64,000 nucleotides of DNA, taken from contig CAJINV010000021.1 of NCBI GenBank assembly GCA_905178155.1, forward strand, positions 982,579-1,046,578. The letters run 5' to 3'. The position numbers and the translations under genes are program-made. The DNA comes from Amoebophrya sp. A120. Taxonomy: Eukaryota > Protista > Dinoflagellata. The stretch's first letter is position 1. Every line of letters begins with the position of its first letter. The notes beneath the pieces are model-generated. The model had not been told where the DNA came from. It saw only the letters and a program-made list of their open reading frames with translations, and ran no database searches. This document shows positions 35,649-48,753 of this stretch, in pieces.

Positions 35649-38600
35649 CTACTGCTCCGTGGTTTCGACAACCATACCCAGCAGTGTCTCCATGGCCTCA
35701 ATTTCCTGGTCGATCAGAGCCTGTCCGGTCTTTGCCGCAACATACTCCTCGCCCGTACCCGTGCCGGTCATGGATTTCTGATGTGTGTAATTTTCAAAAT
35801 TTTTTCCATCCTGTTCCTACGTTACTTGCCCAACCTTCTCGAGCTTCTTCTATACTGCTGCATTCGAAACGGACATTGCAAACTCAAAAAGCAGATGCAC
35901 CTTGTCTTAGTATAGCACAGTCGTATACGTAAAACTCAAAACACAATTATATCTACTCGCAGGTTCGGAGACAGCTTCAAACTGGTGACACCGCCCCTAT
36001 CGTCACCCACAATCAGGATTGGACTTTCCCCGTTGAAGCCGAGATGGGTGCACTTTGCCTTGGCGACCACCTTTTGCCAGCACAGCGGTCCGTTGCGGTT
36101 TATGCTAAGGTCATAAACATGCGTGACGCCATCAGCCGTAATGGCGGCGAAGACCGTACCTGGAGATAAGTATTTCCATTTCGTAAAAGTTGTGCTTCAA
36201 AATGGGATTCTTGTCAAATACCAGATGGACGATAAAGATACAGCCAAGAACTTGATGAATCTTACACCATTTTTCCATGATTGCAGCTGCACAAGAAATC
36301 AATTAATACTGCTGTATGGTGCCCAGGCGACGTCGCCGACCTGTTGTGCTAGATCGAAGGACATGATGGGTGTCTTCGTCGTGTGGTCCCACATTTTCAC
36401 GGTCCAGTCGGCTGAGGAAGAGATAAAAATGTTCGGGTGGAAGTGGTTCCATCTTACGGCGTAGACGGCCATGCTGTGACCCTCGTAGGTGTCCAGGTAT
36501 TGACCTGAGAGATGTGATGAATTTTTCAGTTGATTTATTTCTTAGTACCAAGCATAGAGGGGGCAATTTGGACTTCATCGTGTCCTCCTTGCGGTTGCGG
36601 TCCTCACAAATCTTCATTACGTTTACGCATTCTCTCGATGTTGTTGTTGAAATGCCTATATGCAAGTCGTGCAAAAACTAAAACACCTTATCCTAAACAG
36701 CAACTAAACATAATGATACCGCTGTATGATTTTGAGCACTTGTGGATCCTTCCCTCCTCTGTTCCGATCAGGAACAAGTCCTCGTTTGTCTTGTGGAAAT
36801 CGAAGCAAAGCCCGCCTGCCAAGCCCGTGAGACCGGTGTCCTCTTCCTCACCTGAGAAAATTTGTGTTGCAATAGCAATGTTGAGTTTTAAATTTGCTGA
36901 TAGAAAATACAGACGGCAAATGCCGCGTCACGACCATCACCTGCAGAGAGACACACACGGCAGCACGAACAAGAATTCATCCGCATCTGATTCTGAATTT
37001 ACCGACAACGTCTTTGTTTTTGTACCTGAGTGCAGCTTGAGTGCCATCAATTCTTCGCTCTCCAGCTTGTCTTTCATGAGCAGCCAGATGCTGACGCGGC
37101 CGTCCGCGCTGACACTGTAGAAGGAAAGCGCCGCTCCTATCCTCAGGAAAAACGTACCCACACCAGAGTCAAGATGGGGACTTTGCAACACAAACCTAGG
37201 AGTTTTGGGAGTCACGCATGACAAGTTGGGCTATGCAGTGTAGTGCAGGTTAGCAAGCGCAGCCGCATCACAGATTCATCTGCTCATCCTGTTCACAGCA
37301 TCACAAATTCCAAAACAGGATTGGAAATGGCTCTCATGGGGATGCGCATTCCAAGTCTTCCTGTCTTTGCAAATCTGCATTACAACTCTGGTGTGGGTAT
37401 GTTTTTACTCAGGATAGCTCCGTTCGGATCGTCGTTCCATCGCACCTCCCACACGGGTACCAAATGTAAAAATGTCTGGGTCTGGAAGAATGCAACTTGT
37501 AATGCGTATTTCAGAACACAGAAAAGTCTCTCATGCATACGTAGCAAAAGCTCCCACTTTTTGCCAGCGAAATAGGGGACTTGTCATGCGGATTCGGCAT
37601 TGCGGAAGGTTCTCGAAACCTGTGATGCTAGAGCCTCCATGCCAGACCCTCTGTGTCATGCAAAAACAGCATGACTCTTCCAGACCCAGACATTTTTACA
37701 TTTGATAACGGGGTCGCTGTGCTTGTTGGTCCTAATCGTTGAGGCGTAGATGGGTCGCTTGGTCTTTCCCCGGACGTCGTAGACTAATACGGTCCCGTCG
37801 TACAAGCCCACGGCGAGCAGTGCGGGTCTTGATGGGTGCCAGTCCAGACTGCACACGCCGCTGTCGGTGTTAAAGATAAATTCCGGGAATTTCGTGTTTT
37901 TCAAGCTGTAACAGCAGATGCACCCCTATCCTGAGTAAAAACGTACCCACACCAGAGTCAAGATGGGGAATCGGCTAGACAAATCCACAAGTTTTGGCTG
38001 TTTTGCATCACAAATTTGGACTCGTAGTGTAGTGCTGTTTGAGCTAGCTCAGCAGCATCACAGATCTAGCATACCATGCTGATTGGAGCATGACAAATTG
38101 CAAAACACGGCTAGAAAATGCTTCTCATGGAGCTCCGCATGATTAACATTTTCAGCATGCAGATTTGCATTACAACTCTGGTGTGGGTACGTTTTTACTC
38201 AGGATAACCCCGTGCCCTGTCGCATGAAGTCGTAGGACCCGAAACCGACGGCGAAGAGGTCCGTGTACTTTGGGTTCCACCGGATCGCGGTAACCTGGGA
38301 GGTTTAAGTTCATTTTGGTGTCTAAGTACCCAAAATGAAGCAGGAATTACTTATTTCACGTGCGGAATCTTCCGAATCATGCATTTTTTCTTCATCATCT
38401 GCACGCTTCATTCAAGTAAAACCATCCTCGTCGTAGTGCTTACCTGTTTTCTCTTGACCTTCTCTGAGGTGAACCTCCACAATGGCAACAGGGTTCCCTC
38501 ACCGTCTGGTCGGAATTCGTCCGACTTGTCTTCCCAGAACTTGAAATCGTGGTAGATTTCCGCCTCGGCGTTCTGGTTTACCATGCGCTCCATGAGCTTG

Positions 38601-40588
38601 ATACCTATTTTTTTTGTGTTCATCCGGTTGTAGAAGACTACTGCGTGGTTTCAAGAAAATATCAAACCATCACGCGCGGTCGCAGGAAGATAAGAAAAGA
38701 TTTGTATAATCAACATCTGAAACAAAATGTCATGAAACACATCGAAACAAAAGGTTTATTTTCTATTTGTACTTAATTTCATGGCATCGGAGTAAATTGG
38801 GTCGGATTCTGAGGGCTTCTTCTTGGTCTCCATGTCCAAATTTGCACTCTTCTTCTCCTTTGCGCTCTGCTTTGCGGCCTATGCAGTGCAACAGTATCGC
38901 ACTATGTATAAACTGCATTACACATTTTACCAAGAACAAAAGTGCAATTTGTCAACATGCTGGACATGGTAGAGCGTTATATACTGTCATGCATGACTGC
39001 AATAACTTTATATGAGTACGATACTTTTGCGATGCATACGGCCTCCGCGGCTTCGATGTCCTTCATGTAAGAATCGTAGATGATCCACTGTTATGCACTG
39101 CAAGTATGTCTGGGTCTGGATACCTGTGATGCTGAATTGAGTATGATAGAAGCGCTTGCAATGGCAGCGAGGCATGACAAGTTCTATTTCAGACGCCTGC
39201 TGATGTCTAGCACACATGGCATCACAAATTGCGTTTTTGCATCGCAAAGGAAGCTCCACTTGTGCTGCTCATGCAACACAGATAATATCCCAGGGATGCA
39301 AGACCCGCACCACAAGTTTCACTGTTCCGGACCCAGACATATTTGCATTTGATAACTGCGTCACCGACTCTGCGAAGCTCTTGCACAATGGTGGCTGGGT
39401 CGCTGTTGTGAAGTTTCAATGTGAGTATGCATGCATCGTCACGATAATTCTGCTTCATCTCATTTTGTTGCAATGCAAAAATTTCATTCCATATGCTGCA
39501 ATTTATCATACGTCCACAAAACAGCTTCACAGGCACTAAATTCAAGATCCTATGTATCACAGTACCTATGGTTCTTGTTCGCATCACCTCGTTGTAGGTT
39601 TGTGATGCCCGCTCGGAGAAGTTAAATTGGTTTCTCAATGTGTTCTTTTTCGCCTCTTCACCCTCGTATCTGTGATGAGTTGAAATGACTAAAAATTCAG
39701 TTTCGGGGTAGCACCGAAGTGGGCGAAAAATCCAGTAAGTATCGCTAACAGGAGGAGTCGTACGGCACCGAATTAAAACGACACGAATAAATCAAATCAT
39801 CAAATTTTCATTTTCCGCCAGGCACGGAGCCAAAACATATCTAAAATTATACTCTTGTATTGAGACGTCGACGGCCTCCTGTGCGTCTCGCTTCTCTTGC
39901 TCTTCTTTTTTTCTCTTCAGGATCTCTTGCTGCATGCCCTCTTCTGGGGACTCCTTCTTTAGTATTGTGGCATCGGTCTCCAAGTGCATTACCATTTGGT
40001 CGACCTGGAATTTGGATTTTTGCTTTCACTTTTATTCACGCTTGCTAGCATTTTTACCTATGTATGGTGGTGATCTGTGCATGATAGCTTTGCGTCATCA
40101 GAATAAATTTCTGCAAAAAAAAATTTCGTTTTCCTCCTGTAGAGCAAAGGGACCTACCTGATCATCCCTTTTGAAAGCCCGCTCCTTGTAGGAGTACTGG
40201 GTGATGTTGTGTGGTGCCCTTGGGTTATTTGGGTACAGAACCCGTGGCTCAACCTGAAATTTGATTTGAAGAAAGAAAGTGGTGCGGTCGTAGTCTCTTC
40301 TCGTCGCAAATAAATATGCTCTCCAGCAGCTTCTCCTCGTCGCAAATGTGATATGATTCACGAATAAGCACGGTCCGGTCCCTTCGTTGATGTTCTTGTT
40401 TCTACTTCTATGCATAAGCATACATGCATGTGCATCAAAAATAAAAAATCGTTTTCTTGTACCTCTTCCTCCAGCTCTTTTTCCGTCAACTCAAGCTGAT
40501 CCTCTGGCTTGACATTGATGATTACGGGCATGCCATCGAAATCAAAATTCATCGCCTCCTCCGCCGCTTCCGTCTTGCGCGGCGGCAT
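35649..40588 (-). CDS. DNAI1: Axonemal outer-arm dynein intermediate chain 1 (IC78/ODA9-like, WD40); many introns, 5 of them clear introners
   Basis: [131 protein letters not shown]. Confidence 0.93.
37138..37416. mobile_element. Introner element, family C
   Basis: Family C TIRs; TSD GCTCC. Confidence 0.95.
37458..37707. mobile_element. Introner element, family A
   Basis: TACCAAATGTAAAAATGTCTGGGTCTGGAAG...CATTTGATA; TSD ACGGG; removal restores KHSDPV|WEVRW. Confidence 0.95.
37927..38206. mobile_element. Introner element, family C
   Basis: Near-perfect ~30-bp TIR; TSD ACCCC. Confidence 0.95.
38880..39038. mobile_element. Introner element, family E
   Basis: Family E TIRs; TSD CGGCC. Confidence 0.9.
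39092..39354. mobile_element. Introner element, family A
   Basis: Family A TIRs; flanks ACTGT/ACTGC; removal restores SVTQ|WIIYDSY. Confidence 0.92.
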
Positions 40589-41261
40589 CTTGGTCTAAGG
40601 GGGGAAAGAGAAAAGGTTTCAAAAAAGTGTGATGTGCTTCGATTCGACAGAAGAAAATTTTCACTTTTTATTTCGCCTAAAATTTTTTGTCCGGCGTCTT
40701 GGGTGTACTTGTGAGAAGATGATGTCTCTATACGAACTTTGCGATCACGTTTTGACGGTGCCCTTGGCCTTGGTAGTCGTGTAGAAGAAGTCATTATTTT
40801 AGTCAACGGCACGGCCCGATACGTAGTTGAAGTTGAAACGAAGTCATTATAAAGTGATTGACGACGATGCTTGAGTTTGTTACTGTCGATAAGTAATAAT
40901 GGGACGCACTCCGCCATCTGTCTCTCACTCTCTTTCACCATACTAAATTTCTGACTTGACGAAAACATCGCTCGGAAGCGTATTACTTCTACTAGACGAA
41001 AACTCTACCACAGGTAGCACTAGCAAGTCTGCAAGCATTTTTAGCACAATTCCAACGCAGCTGCGTGGGCATACGTCTTTTTGAGGTGTCCATCAGCGTA
41101 CAGCTACCAGCTCCAGCATTTTTCGATACCACCATGATTCTGATACTGTTACCTATCTTTTTTTCAATCGTACTGGGCAATACAGATTGATGAACCGAAA
41201 ATTTCGTTTCGGCATCACTGCTCTCGTCGTCTGCGTCTCTGATATGACACACTGACTACCC

Positions 41262-41714
41262 CTACAAAAATGCCTCCAGCTGCTTCTTTGCCAGCCCCGG
41301 CACGCTGTCTGCCGTATCCGCCAACGATTTCCCCAACTCGTCCACGGAGTGCTGAATATCGTGGGCCGCGTGCGCTGCCACCTGTACCGGCAATTCCGTG
41401 GTATCGCCGGGCTTTGGCGCAGCTTTACTGACCTTGTCGTGGACTTCTGGGTATGCATTGCAAAAGTATCGCACTGCTAGTACAAACTGTATTTTCGTTC
41501 TTGCGAAAATTTGTATATATAAATTTTCGCAAGAACAAAAATGCAGTTTGTCATGCAGAAGATTCAGCTAGGACAGCAAATGCAAACCTGTAATGCTGCA
41601 GTGCTGCCATTTGTGCGAGTGCGGAACTCTTGCAGAGCATACTGGGATTTGCTGGAGCGCCGCGTTGTAATACTTGGTGAAATCTTCAAGCAGAGTGGAA
41701 AGAGATTTGCTCAT
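41262..41714 (-). CDS. Small hypothetical protein with 1 introner intron
   Basis: MSKSLSTLLEDFTKYYNAALQQIP|EVHDKVSK...KKQLEAFL* in frame after removing 41452-41641. Confidence 0.65.
41452..41641. mobile_element. Introner element, family E, with an internal palindrome
   Basis: Family E TIR; TSD CTGGG; internal GTTCTTGCGAAAATTT...AAATTTTCGCAAGAAC. Confidence 0.88.
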
Positions 41715-43483
41715 CTTTTTCGCTTACGATAAATCAAAAGTTGCTTGTCATGACTGCCGCACAAAGGAAACTTTTTGGCTACAAGAAAAGCAAATTGCAA
41801 TTGAGCGCGGGAGCCATTCACAAGTGGCCTGTAATCATGATAGATTGCAGCACAAAAAATGGTTCTTGATTTTGGCTACAAGAAATGCAGCTTTCAAAGA
41901 TAAGAACATTATAGGAACCAAAAGAAAATAGAAAACGAGCCATCGAGGTCAACGCATGCCTAGGCGCAATACCATGTTACTTAATAGCTTGCCAGTGATT
42001 ATTCGGACAATGACGTCGCCGCCCATGGCCGTAGTGCCCACTGGGCGCCTTCACGCTCTGACTCGTAAGTATATCTCAAAGTGCAGCCATGTGGCTTCTC
42101 TCCGATCATACCGCTCCTGCAATCATACTCTCCCGTCGCTCGCACCATACACATACAACATTGTTCGGCAGTAAATATATAAAGACATCTTCAATCACCC
42201 AGCATCACGCTAACGGCTCTTCCAAAACTGTAGCCGAATTTAATTGCGCTCGAAAACATACTTGGCTTCCTACAAGCATGATGCTGCAGACGGCCGGAGG
42301 GGCCGACCCGGCCACGCGAGGCCCCGGGCGAAGGCGCTGCGAGGCAGCGCGCGCCCCTTTACCACGCCACAGTTGCAACGAGGGCCTGCGGATCCGCTAG
42401 TAGCGCCCCCGGCCCGGCGCGGTAATAATAGACAACGGGCGGCAGCGCCATCAGGGGCGCCGGTGCGCAGATAGATTCACTGCGGCGGAGGGAGGGCCGG
42501 GCGCCCGGCGGGCATGCCCAGCCTGACGGGCGCACGCAACCCGCGGGGCGGGCGGAAAACTACCAGCCCCCGCGCGCGCGTTCGCGCACGCAGGCAGCGG
42601 GGCGGGCGCTACGCCCTGAAGCAGGCGCCCGGGCAAGTCAGTGGCGCGGCGCCGTCTTTTGTATCTATTTTTTGACATGCGTACCTAGCTACGTCCCGGG
42701 CACAGACTGGGCCCGCCCCAATACCCGGGGCCCCATCCCTGTGGAACTTCCGTGGGCTATGCACGTCGTCAAGGCCTGGGCAAACAGAGACCGCGGCAAC
42801 GGGCACAGAGACCCTGCTGGCCCGCAGCCGTGAAGAAACCGCAGGGGCGCCGCCCGAGCTTTCCAGATACTCGAAGAAGCGCCAAGCGCTCGACACTCTC
42901 GGCAAACAAGACACCGCGCGACCATCTTTTCTGATTCTCTATAGAAGAAAGACAGCAATAAGCCGCTTGCCCTACTAGAGAACTGCAGGGTTTTGGTTTC
43001 GAAGCAAACGCGCAGCGTACGGCTCACATCTCAGCCTCCAACGACCTTCAACCTCGCTAGAATCAATTGCATCAAGCGAAACTGATGCTACTCGACGCCG
43101 ATACGGATACTTATTACCAAACTCGTGTCGCTATCGCTCTGTAGTTGATCACTCAAATAATTCTGCAAAACCAAAAAGCCGGCTGATAAAGCGGAACCGA
43201 TATCATGATGATTACGACAAACTACTGTGCGAAGGCGAACAGGGCAAGCTTAGACGGTGATTCTTTCTTACTATCGACGCTCTTTTCCATTTTTCCATAC
43301 TCCAATTTTAACATCGCTTTCACGTTCGTAGAACTTCATCATACATGATACAGTTTTATTTGTCACAGCTGATGTTGCTATTGGCATTGCTGACATGGTG
43401 GACGATTCCGAAGCAGAGCAGCATAACAAGGGTCGTCTTGTTGCAGGCCAACTTCCGTGTCCACCCACCAGCTGTGCGGCTAC

Positions 43484-44791
43484 CTAGACGCTCGCCGTCG
43501 TCGTCTTGAGCTCCACACACTCTTCCCGAGATCCGGCCCACGGCACTTTGAAAACTTTCCATTTTCCCCACTCGTTACTTGACCCGGATGTTGTTAAATC
43601 CTCGCTCTTCCTTCTTCTTCTGAAGTAGCAAAAGACCGCCTCTTCCACCGCATTGGAAATGTAGAAGGTCTGACTGACCGTTTGGAATTCGTGTTTGAAG
43701 TGTTTCAAGATTTCCTCCTCTGGTTCGTCGAAGCAAATCCGGCGGCACAGGTTCTCCTCGATCTTGGCTGGGAGAGGAGAGTAGCTGAACTTTTTCTTTA
43801 TTTGTTCTTGTTCAACATCGATCATATTCTCCGTCTTGTCGATCTCCCCTTCATCATCTCGAGAAGTACAACCTCCAAACGCAAAATCCAGTTCCAAAAA
43901 GTCGCTGTTGGAAAATTCCTCGGTCAGTATGCTGAGAAGCTCCTCTTGGTCCGTGCAGTCCGTAACATTTCTCTCCAGCAATCGCTTTCGCATCACGCGG
44001 CATTTCACTTGGCCGGTGCTGCTTGAGTCCTGTTCCAAAACCGGCTCCGGACCATTGCTGAAAACGAGAAATTTTTCCTCTGGGAGAGCCGCTGCAGCGG
44101 ACGACAAGCAGTAGCAGAGAGTGGGATTGCAGCCCCTGAAGACTCCAGCACTTTTCTCATCGTCGTCAACCTTATTCTGCAAGACATGACAATGGTTCGA
44201 AACAGATTTCAGGGTCCTCCTCGTGTTTGACGCTGCCTCCATCTTCGTGGTGTCACCACCTGGCCCGTATGAGTAGATGTTGCCCCAGCAGACGTGGCAC
44301 GGCGGGTAGTGCCCTGCGATTTCCTCGCCGATGTGGAGCGATGGATTCTCAAAGATTAGCCGTTTCACCAACTGCCCGCGGCTCTTCTTCTCTGTACTAC
44401 GTTCAGAACTCTCGTGGTCCGGGGAATCTGCGACAATGTCGGACTGATGACCTCCAGCATGTTCCTTTTCGGGCGGACCGCCAGGGGGGTGATGCGAACG
44501 GCTATTTTCCGCCACTTTCGTCCTGCAATTCGTCAGCACCGCCCAATTCCCCGAACGAATATCCAAGCCCGTTGCGGTGCCCTGCGCTTGGTGGTCGCGG
44601 CTGCACAGGATTTTTTGCGGTTGCAACGTTGTGCTAGTCCCATTCTCCACTAGAGGTAGAGAATCTACGTCGTCGTCCTGCAATAGTGCCATATCGGAAA
44701 ATTCTCTGCTAGCGTCTTCATCCCGGTTGTGGCAACAAATGAAGGGAAAGTGCGCATGGTTCGGCCGATACAGAATCAAACAGATGCACAT
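43484..44791 (-). CDS. TANGO2: TANGO2/NRDE-family protein
   Basis: N-terminal MCI...HNRDE, RD..AQGT.TG...GNWAVLTN.R, SRGQLV, FSNG and TVSQT motifs; single ORF. Confidence 0.85.
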   Translation of the reverse strand: MCICLILYRPNHAHFPFICCHNRDEDASREFSDMALLQDDDVDSLPLVENGTSTTLQPQKILCSRDHQAQGTATGLDIRSGNWAVLTNCRTKVAENSRSHHPPGGPPEKEHAGGHQSDIVADSPDHESSERSTEKKSRGQLVKRLIFENPSLHIGEEIAGHYPPCHVCWGNIYSYGPGGDTTKMEAASNTRRTLKSVSNHCHVLQNKVDDDEKSAGVFRGCNPTLCYCLSSAAAALPEEKFLVFSNGPEPVLEQDSSSTGQVKCRVMRKRLLERNVTDCTDQEELLSILTEEFSNSDFLELDFAFGGCTSRDDEGEIDKTENMIDVEQEQIKKKFSYSPLPAKIEENLCRRICFDEPEEEILKHFKHEFQTVSQTFYISNAVEEAVFCYFRRRRKSEDLTTSGSSNEWGKWKVFKVPWAGSREECVELKTTTASV

Positions 44792-46631
44792 AATTTCAGG
44801 ATGATGCTGAGAGCTTCGCTCAGGAGAAGAAGCGGTGAGTCAATGTCAAGTCTGAGTGAAAATAACCAGTGACCGTGAGATGAGCGTTGCTGGTGGGCCT
44901 CATGGGCACAAGTGCTTCTGTATCAGAAATGTTTTTCAACTTACTGCGACTTACAGAACGGGTCATCTCGTCAAGTTTTGAGTATGGGATCTGCGACGTT
45001 TTGTTCAAAAAATTCAACTTTTTCCGTAGGAAACCAACTACAGAGTAAATGTAAAATCGAAGACCTCAATTATGCTTGCATTTCCATGATGATCTTTTTG
45101 TCCTCGAATATTGACGACATAACACTAACAGCTACGGCTCCAAAAGCTCCAGATGGAGAACAAGAAAAAACGGTCTCAGAAATAGGTGATGCATCAAGTG
45201 TTGAACAACCTCCTCTCGTTCCACGGTTCCAGGCAAGCAGAGACGTGACTGCAGGTCTCTGGCGAGAGTGAGGACAACGGCAACGTAATGTCGAGACGGG
45301 GTCACGACGGCGGTGTTGAATTCGCTTCATGATCAGGTTCTTGGCCAGCCCAATTCAACCAATCGGCGGTAGTCCGACTTCATCTCGATCTTCGCTAGTA
45401 TCATGACATTGACATTGAACTCATCTAATTTCTGATATACTAAAAAATATAAATTTGATACACGACGGACATCGTATTCATAAAAAAATCATATATGCTG
45501 CTTGTGAATCGTGACCAGCAGGTCGCCCGCATCCACCACAATAATTCGCTGGCATCTATTTCTAAAAGCCGCGTCATCTTAAGACTGATTTTCACTTCCC
45601 AAGAATAGAAACACGAAATTATAGCGTCCTGAAAACGGCTCAGCCTGAAACTGCTGCGCTAGACAAGCAATCTTTTATTGAAACGCGAGTAATATCTGCA
45701 GCATCCCGCAGACGCGGTTCATAGCAGCTTTCCTATCTTCGTTACTTACATACAAGCTGTACAAGAAAGCAACTTTTTGCGTATCCATGACAAGGCCTTC
45801 TTTTAAAGAAAAGGTGGCGATCATTACAACTCCTCCGACGGCTTCTAGGCCGGGAAAAAACTGACAAATCGAGTTAACTAGAAACGTGAAAATAATCCCA
45901 TTAGTAGAAACGAACGGATACAGGGCACCAGTGAGGCCGGTCACGACCGTGTTCTTCAGTGACATATAAAAAATTTACACTTTGCTTTCGGCATTTCGTA
46001 AACACAACTTCAAGCTGTGCTCTTGCCCCTCCTTAGCACTCTGAGAGTCTCTATCTACGGGGACATCACAAGACGCGGAGGGACTCCCTTCGCACCCAGC
46101 ATTGCATCCTCTACACACTTTTCAAACATCATGATAATTTTGGCAACTGACTTATTTCGCCAATAGAAGATATTTTTTCGCCTCTCCAACAAAGTGCGCG
46201 AAAGTATGCGGGGCTGCAACATAAGTAAGTACAGCATCAATTATTTTCAAAAACTCATCAAAAAAAAAAGGCGACAGAAGATATAATCTCTCGTCTTCAA
46301 TACAAAATCAGGCTCGAGAATCCGCCCGGCGGCACTCGCACGCGTTGCTCTTCCACCTCTGCCATCACCTCTGGTGCGCGGCCAGGCGCCGGAACTGGCG
46401 GATCGTTGTCAGAGCCCGGGTATTGCTGGTACGACCTGGAAAGATGGCAGCTGCTGGGTGTTCAGATTTCCCACTCAACACAGCCACGTAGACGTAATAA
46501 ATTGCAACAAGTCTTCTACTTTCATGGATACTACTCGCTCACCCCCTCCCCCTGTGGAGAAGTGGACGAGCCGAAGACATTGACATCCACGTCCAACAAA
46601 GTTGAAAACAGCAACAAATTCATTTATTAAT

Positions 46632-47901
46632 TCAACACCTCAGCTCCTCGTCGTGTTCCAGAAAGCCTCCCCCCGTGTGCGGCTCGCTCCTCGCCGGCGG
46701 AGCCGCTCGCAGTAGGTCTTGACCCGGGTATTGCATGGGTGGCAGGCCGGTGCTATATGGGTCTACGGCGGAGCCTGTGAGGAGGATGTGTTGTTGGTCG
46801 TTTTTACTGTATAGTACGCTGAGATTTTCATTTTGGTGATGCATGTGCATGTGGAAAAGTGACTTCATATGGTTCGACGCTGCAAAAGCCTGCAAAATCA
46901 TAAGTTCCACCTAAAAAAGCCTTCTACTCCAACCTTCGACGTCCATGTGCGGCAGCGACATGGGCTGACCGGTGGGTGGGACAGCGAAACTGGGCGGCAT
47001 GCTGTTGTAGCCCGCGCGTAGGTCCTGGTGCGCGTGGTCAGCTCCTGCGCCAGGCTGTTGACCGTTTTGAAAGTCCGGGTACACATACTGGCTGAAGTTA
47101 CGGCTACTTGGGGGTGCGGGGTAGGACATCGGCGGCCCGTTTCCGCGGTCTTGCGTCATGTAATTCATGGGGTAAGAGCCCGGCTCCGACCCGCTCGATA
47201 CTGTTTCCTTGCTGCTTGTCCCGTGGGACATAGCGGAACCACCTGCTCCGTGGTAAAAAGAACTACTCCCCGGTGGCTGCGGAGGTGCCGCTGGTACTCC
47301 TTGTTGGCGGGGAAAAGTACCACCCTGCTGCTGCGGCCCGTGATGCGAGATATGATCCTGATGTTGGTGTGTGATTTTAGATTCGGTGCACCAGCTGGAA
47401 AAGCGAATCCAGAGTAAGTACAACACCTGAGTCAGGGATAGTGGTGCACTGGCACCGCTCCCGCAAAAAATGAAAAATCACAACGCCGTCAGCATGAAGT
47501 GCGAAAGTAAGTTCTTGGACAAGAAAAACAATCGCAAGGTGTACTGTGGAAGCGGGGCCACGGTAGTACGCCGGTGGTTCTGCTTGGTTTGCGTCCAGCA
47601 TATGCTGCGGCTGCTGCGCGTTGACACTGTGCCCGATGCGGTCCTGCGCTTGCAAGTACTGGGCGTAGTTGGTATTCTGCAACACCGGCGTTTCCTCGTA
47701 GCCCCCAAAGAGCCGATCCTTCGTGTCCTGCGTGTGCTGTTCGGGAAACCGCGGCTCTACAATTCCCGGCTCGCTGGTGTCCTCCGGCATCTCGCAAACC
47801 GGACTACTTCCTTCGGGGATGACAACCTGTTTGATCGAATTTGATTTTAATATCCACGAATGATAGCGTGATGGGTACCGTTCTGCAGCACAGTGTCGCA
47901 T
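46632..47901 (-). CDS. Hypothetical Pro/Gln/Gly-rich protein (multi-exon; ends uncertain)
   Basis: Consecutive ORFs 47377-47901, 46911-47426 and 46632-46910 have similar composition and are separated by likely introns. Confidence 0.5.
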
Positions 47902-48753
47902 GAAAGTCCTTTCAATGGGTCTGCCGCCATGCTGCGTAAGGTTTTGCAGGTCGGTACTATGAAGCTGCGTTTATTATTTTGTAGCCCTTTCTATCGGATA
48001 CGGATGCGGCTTCAATGGTCTACTTCAGGTGCAACTCGCGGGAAGCGTGTTGATCTTAGTTTCTGTTGGACGTCATTCAGATTCGTATCAATACCTATAC
48101 CGACCACCACCGCTATGCGAAGAGAAAGGGGCGGTGGTATCACATTCTTGCACAGTTTGGCCTTGTTGTGGCTGCGACTTCGTTTCTCGAAGATACTGAA
48201 CCAAAAAATCTTCGAAGAACGACTTACAACTAAACATCTCCAACAGCAGGACAGCATGGATTTACATTTAAAATGTAACGCGATGCAAATTTTTCCATTT
48301 TGAAATGTAACAATTCATCAGAATAAGATTTTTTCGAAATACAAATATTAGCTATTATGCTTGTGTGGTGTTCTTGGTGCCGATCCTGTTGAACGCAAAG
48401 GCCGATCGCTGGTCGCCCCGCGATAACTCCGAATTGTATACGCACGAGGTGGTATGTATCCTCTCCAAACGACAAGAGTCAGAAAATGACGAAAATGAAA
48501 GAGAAAGCATGGGCTTCAGAACGATGACTCGTACCTGATTTCTTTCGCCACTGGGGCCGCTAGAAGAATCAGCAACGAATAAATAAGGCTGTGCTGTTGT
48601 TCTAAGGTACTTTTTTATTTGAGGTTAAGGTTTGGGTTTCTTTTGTTTCGGTACTAGGTGTAGGAAATGCGTCCGTCTACTTTTCGACTTGCTTACCACT
48701 GTGCTCGTCTCGTCTTATCACTTGTCTCGGTACTGGAAAATTGTCCGGTCATC

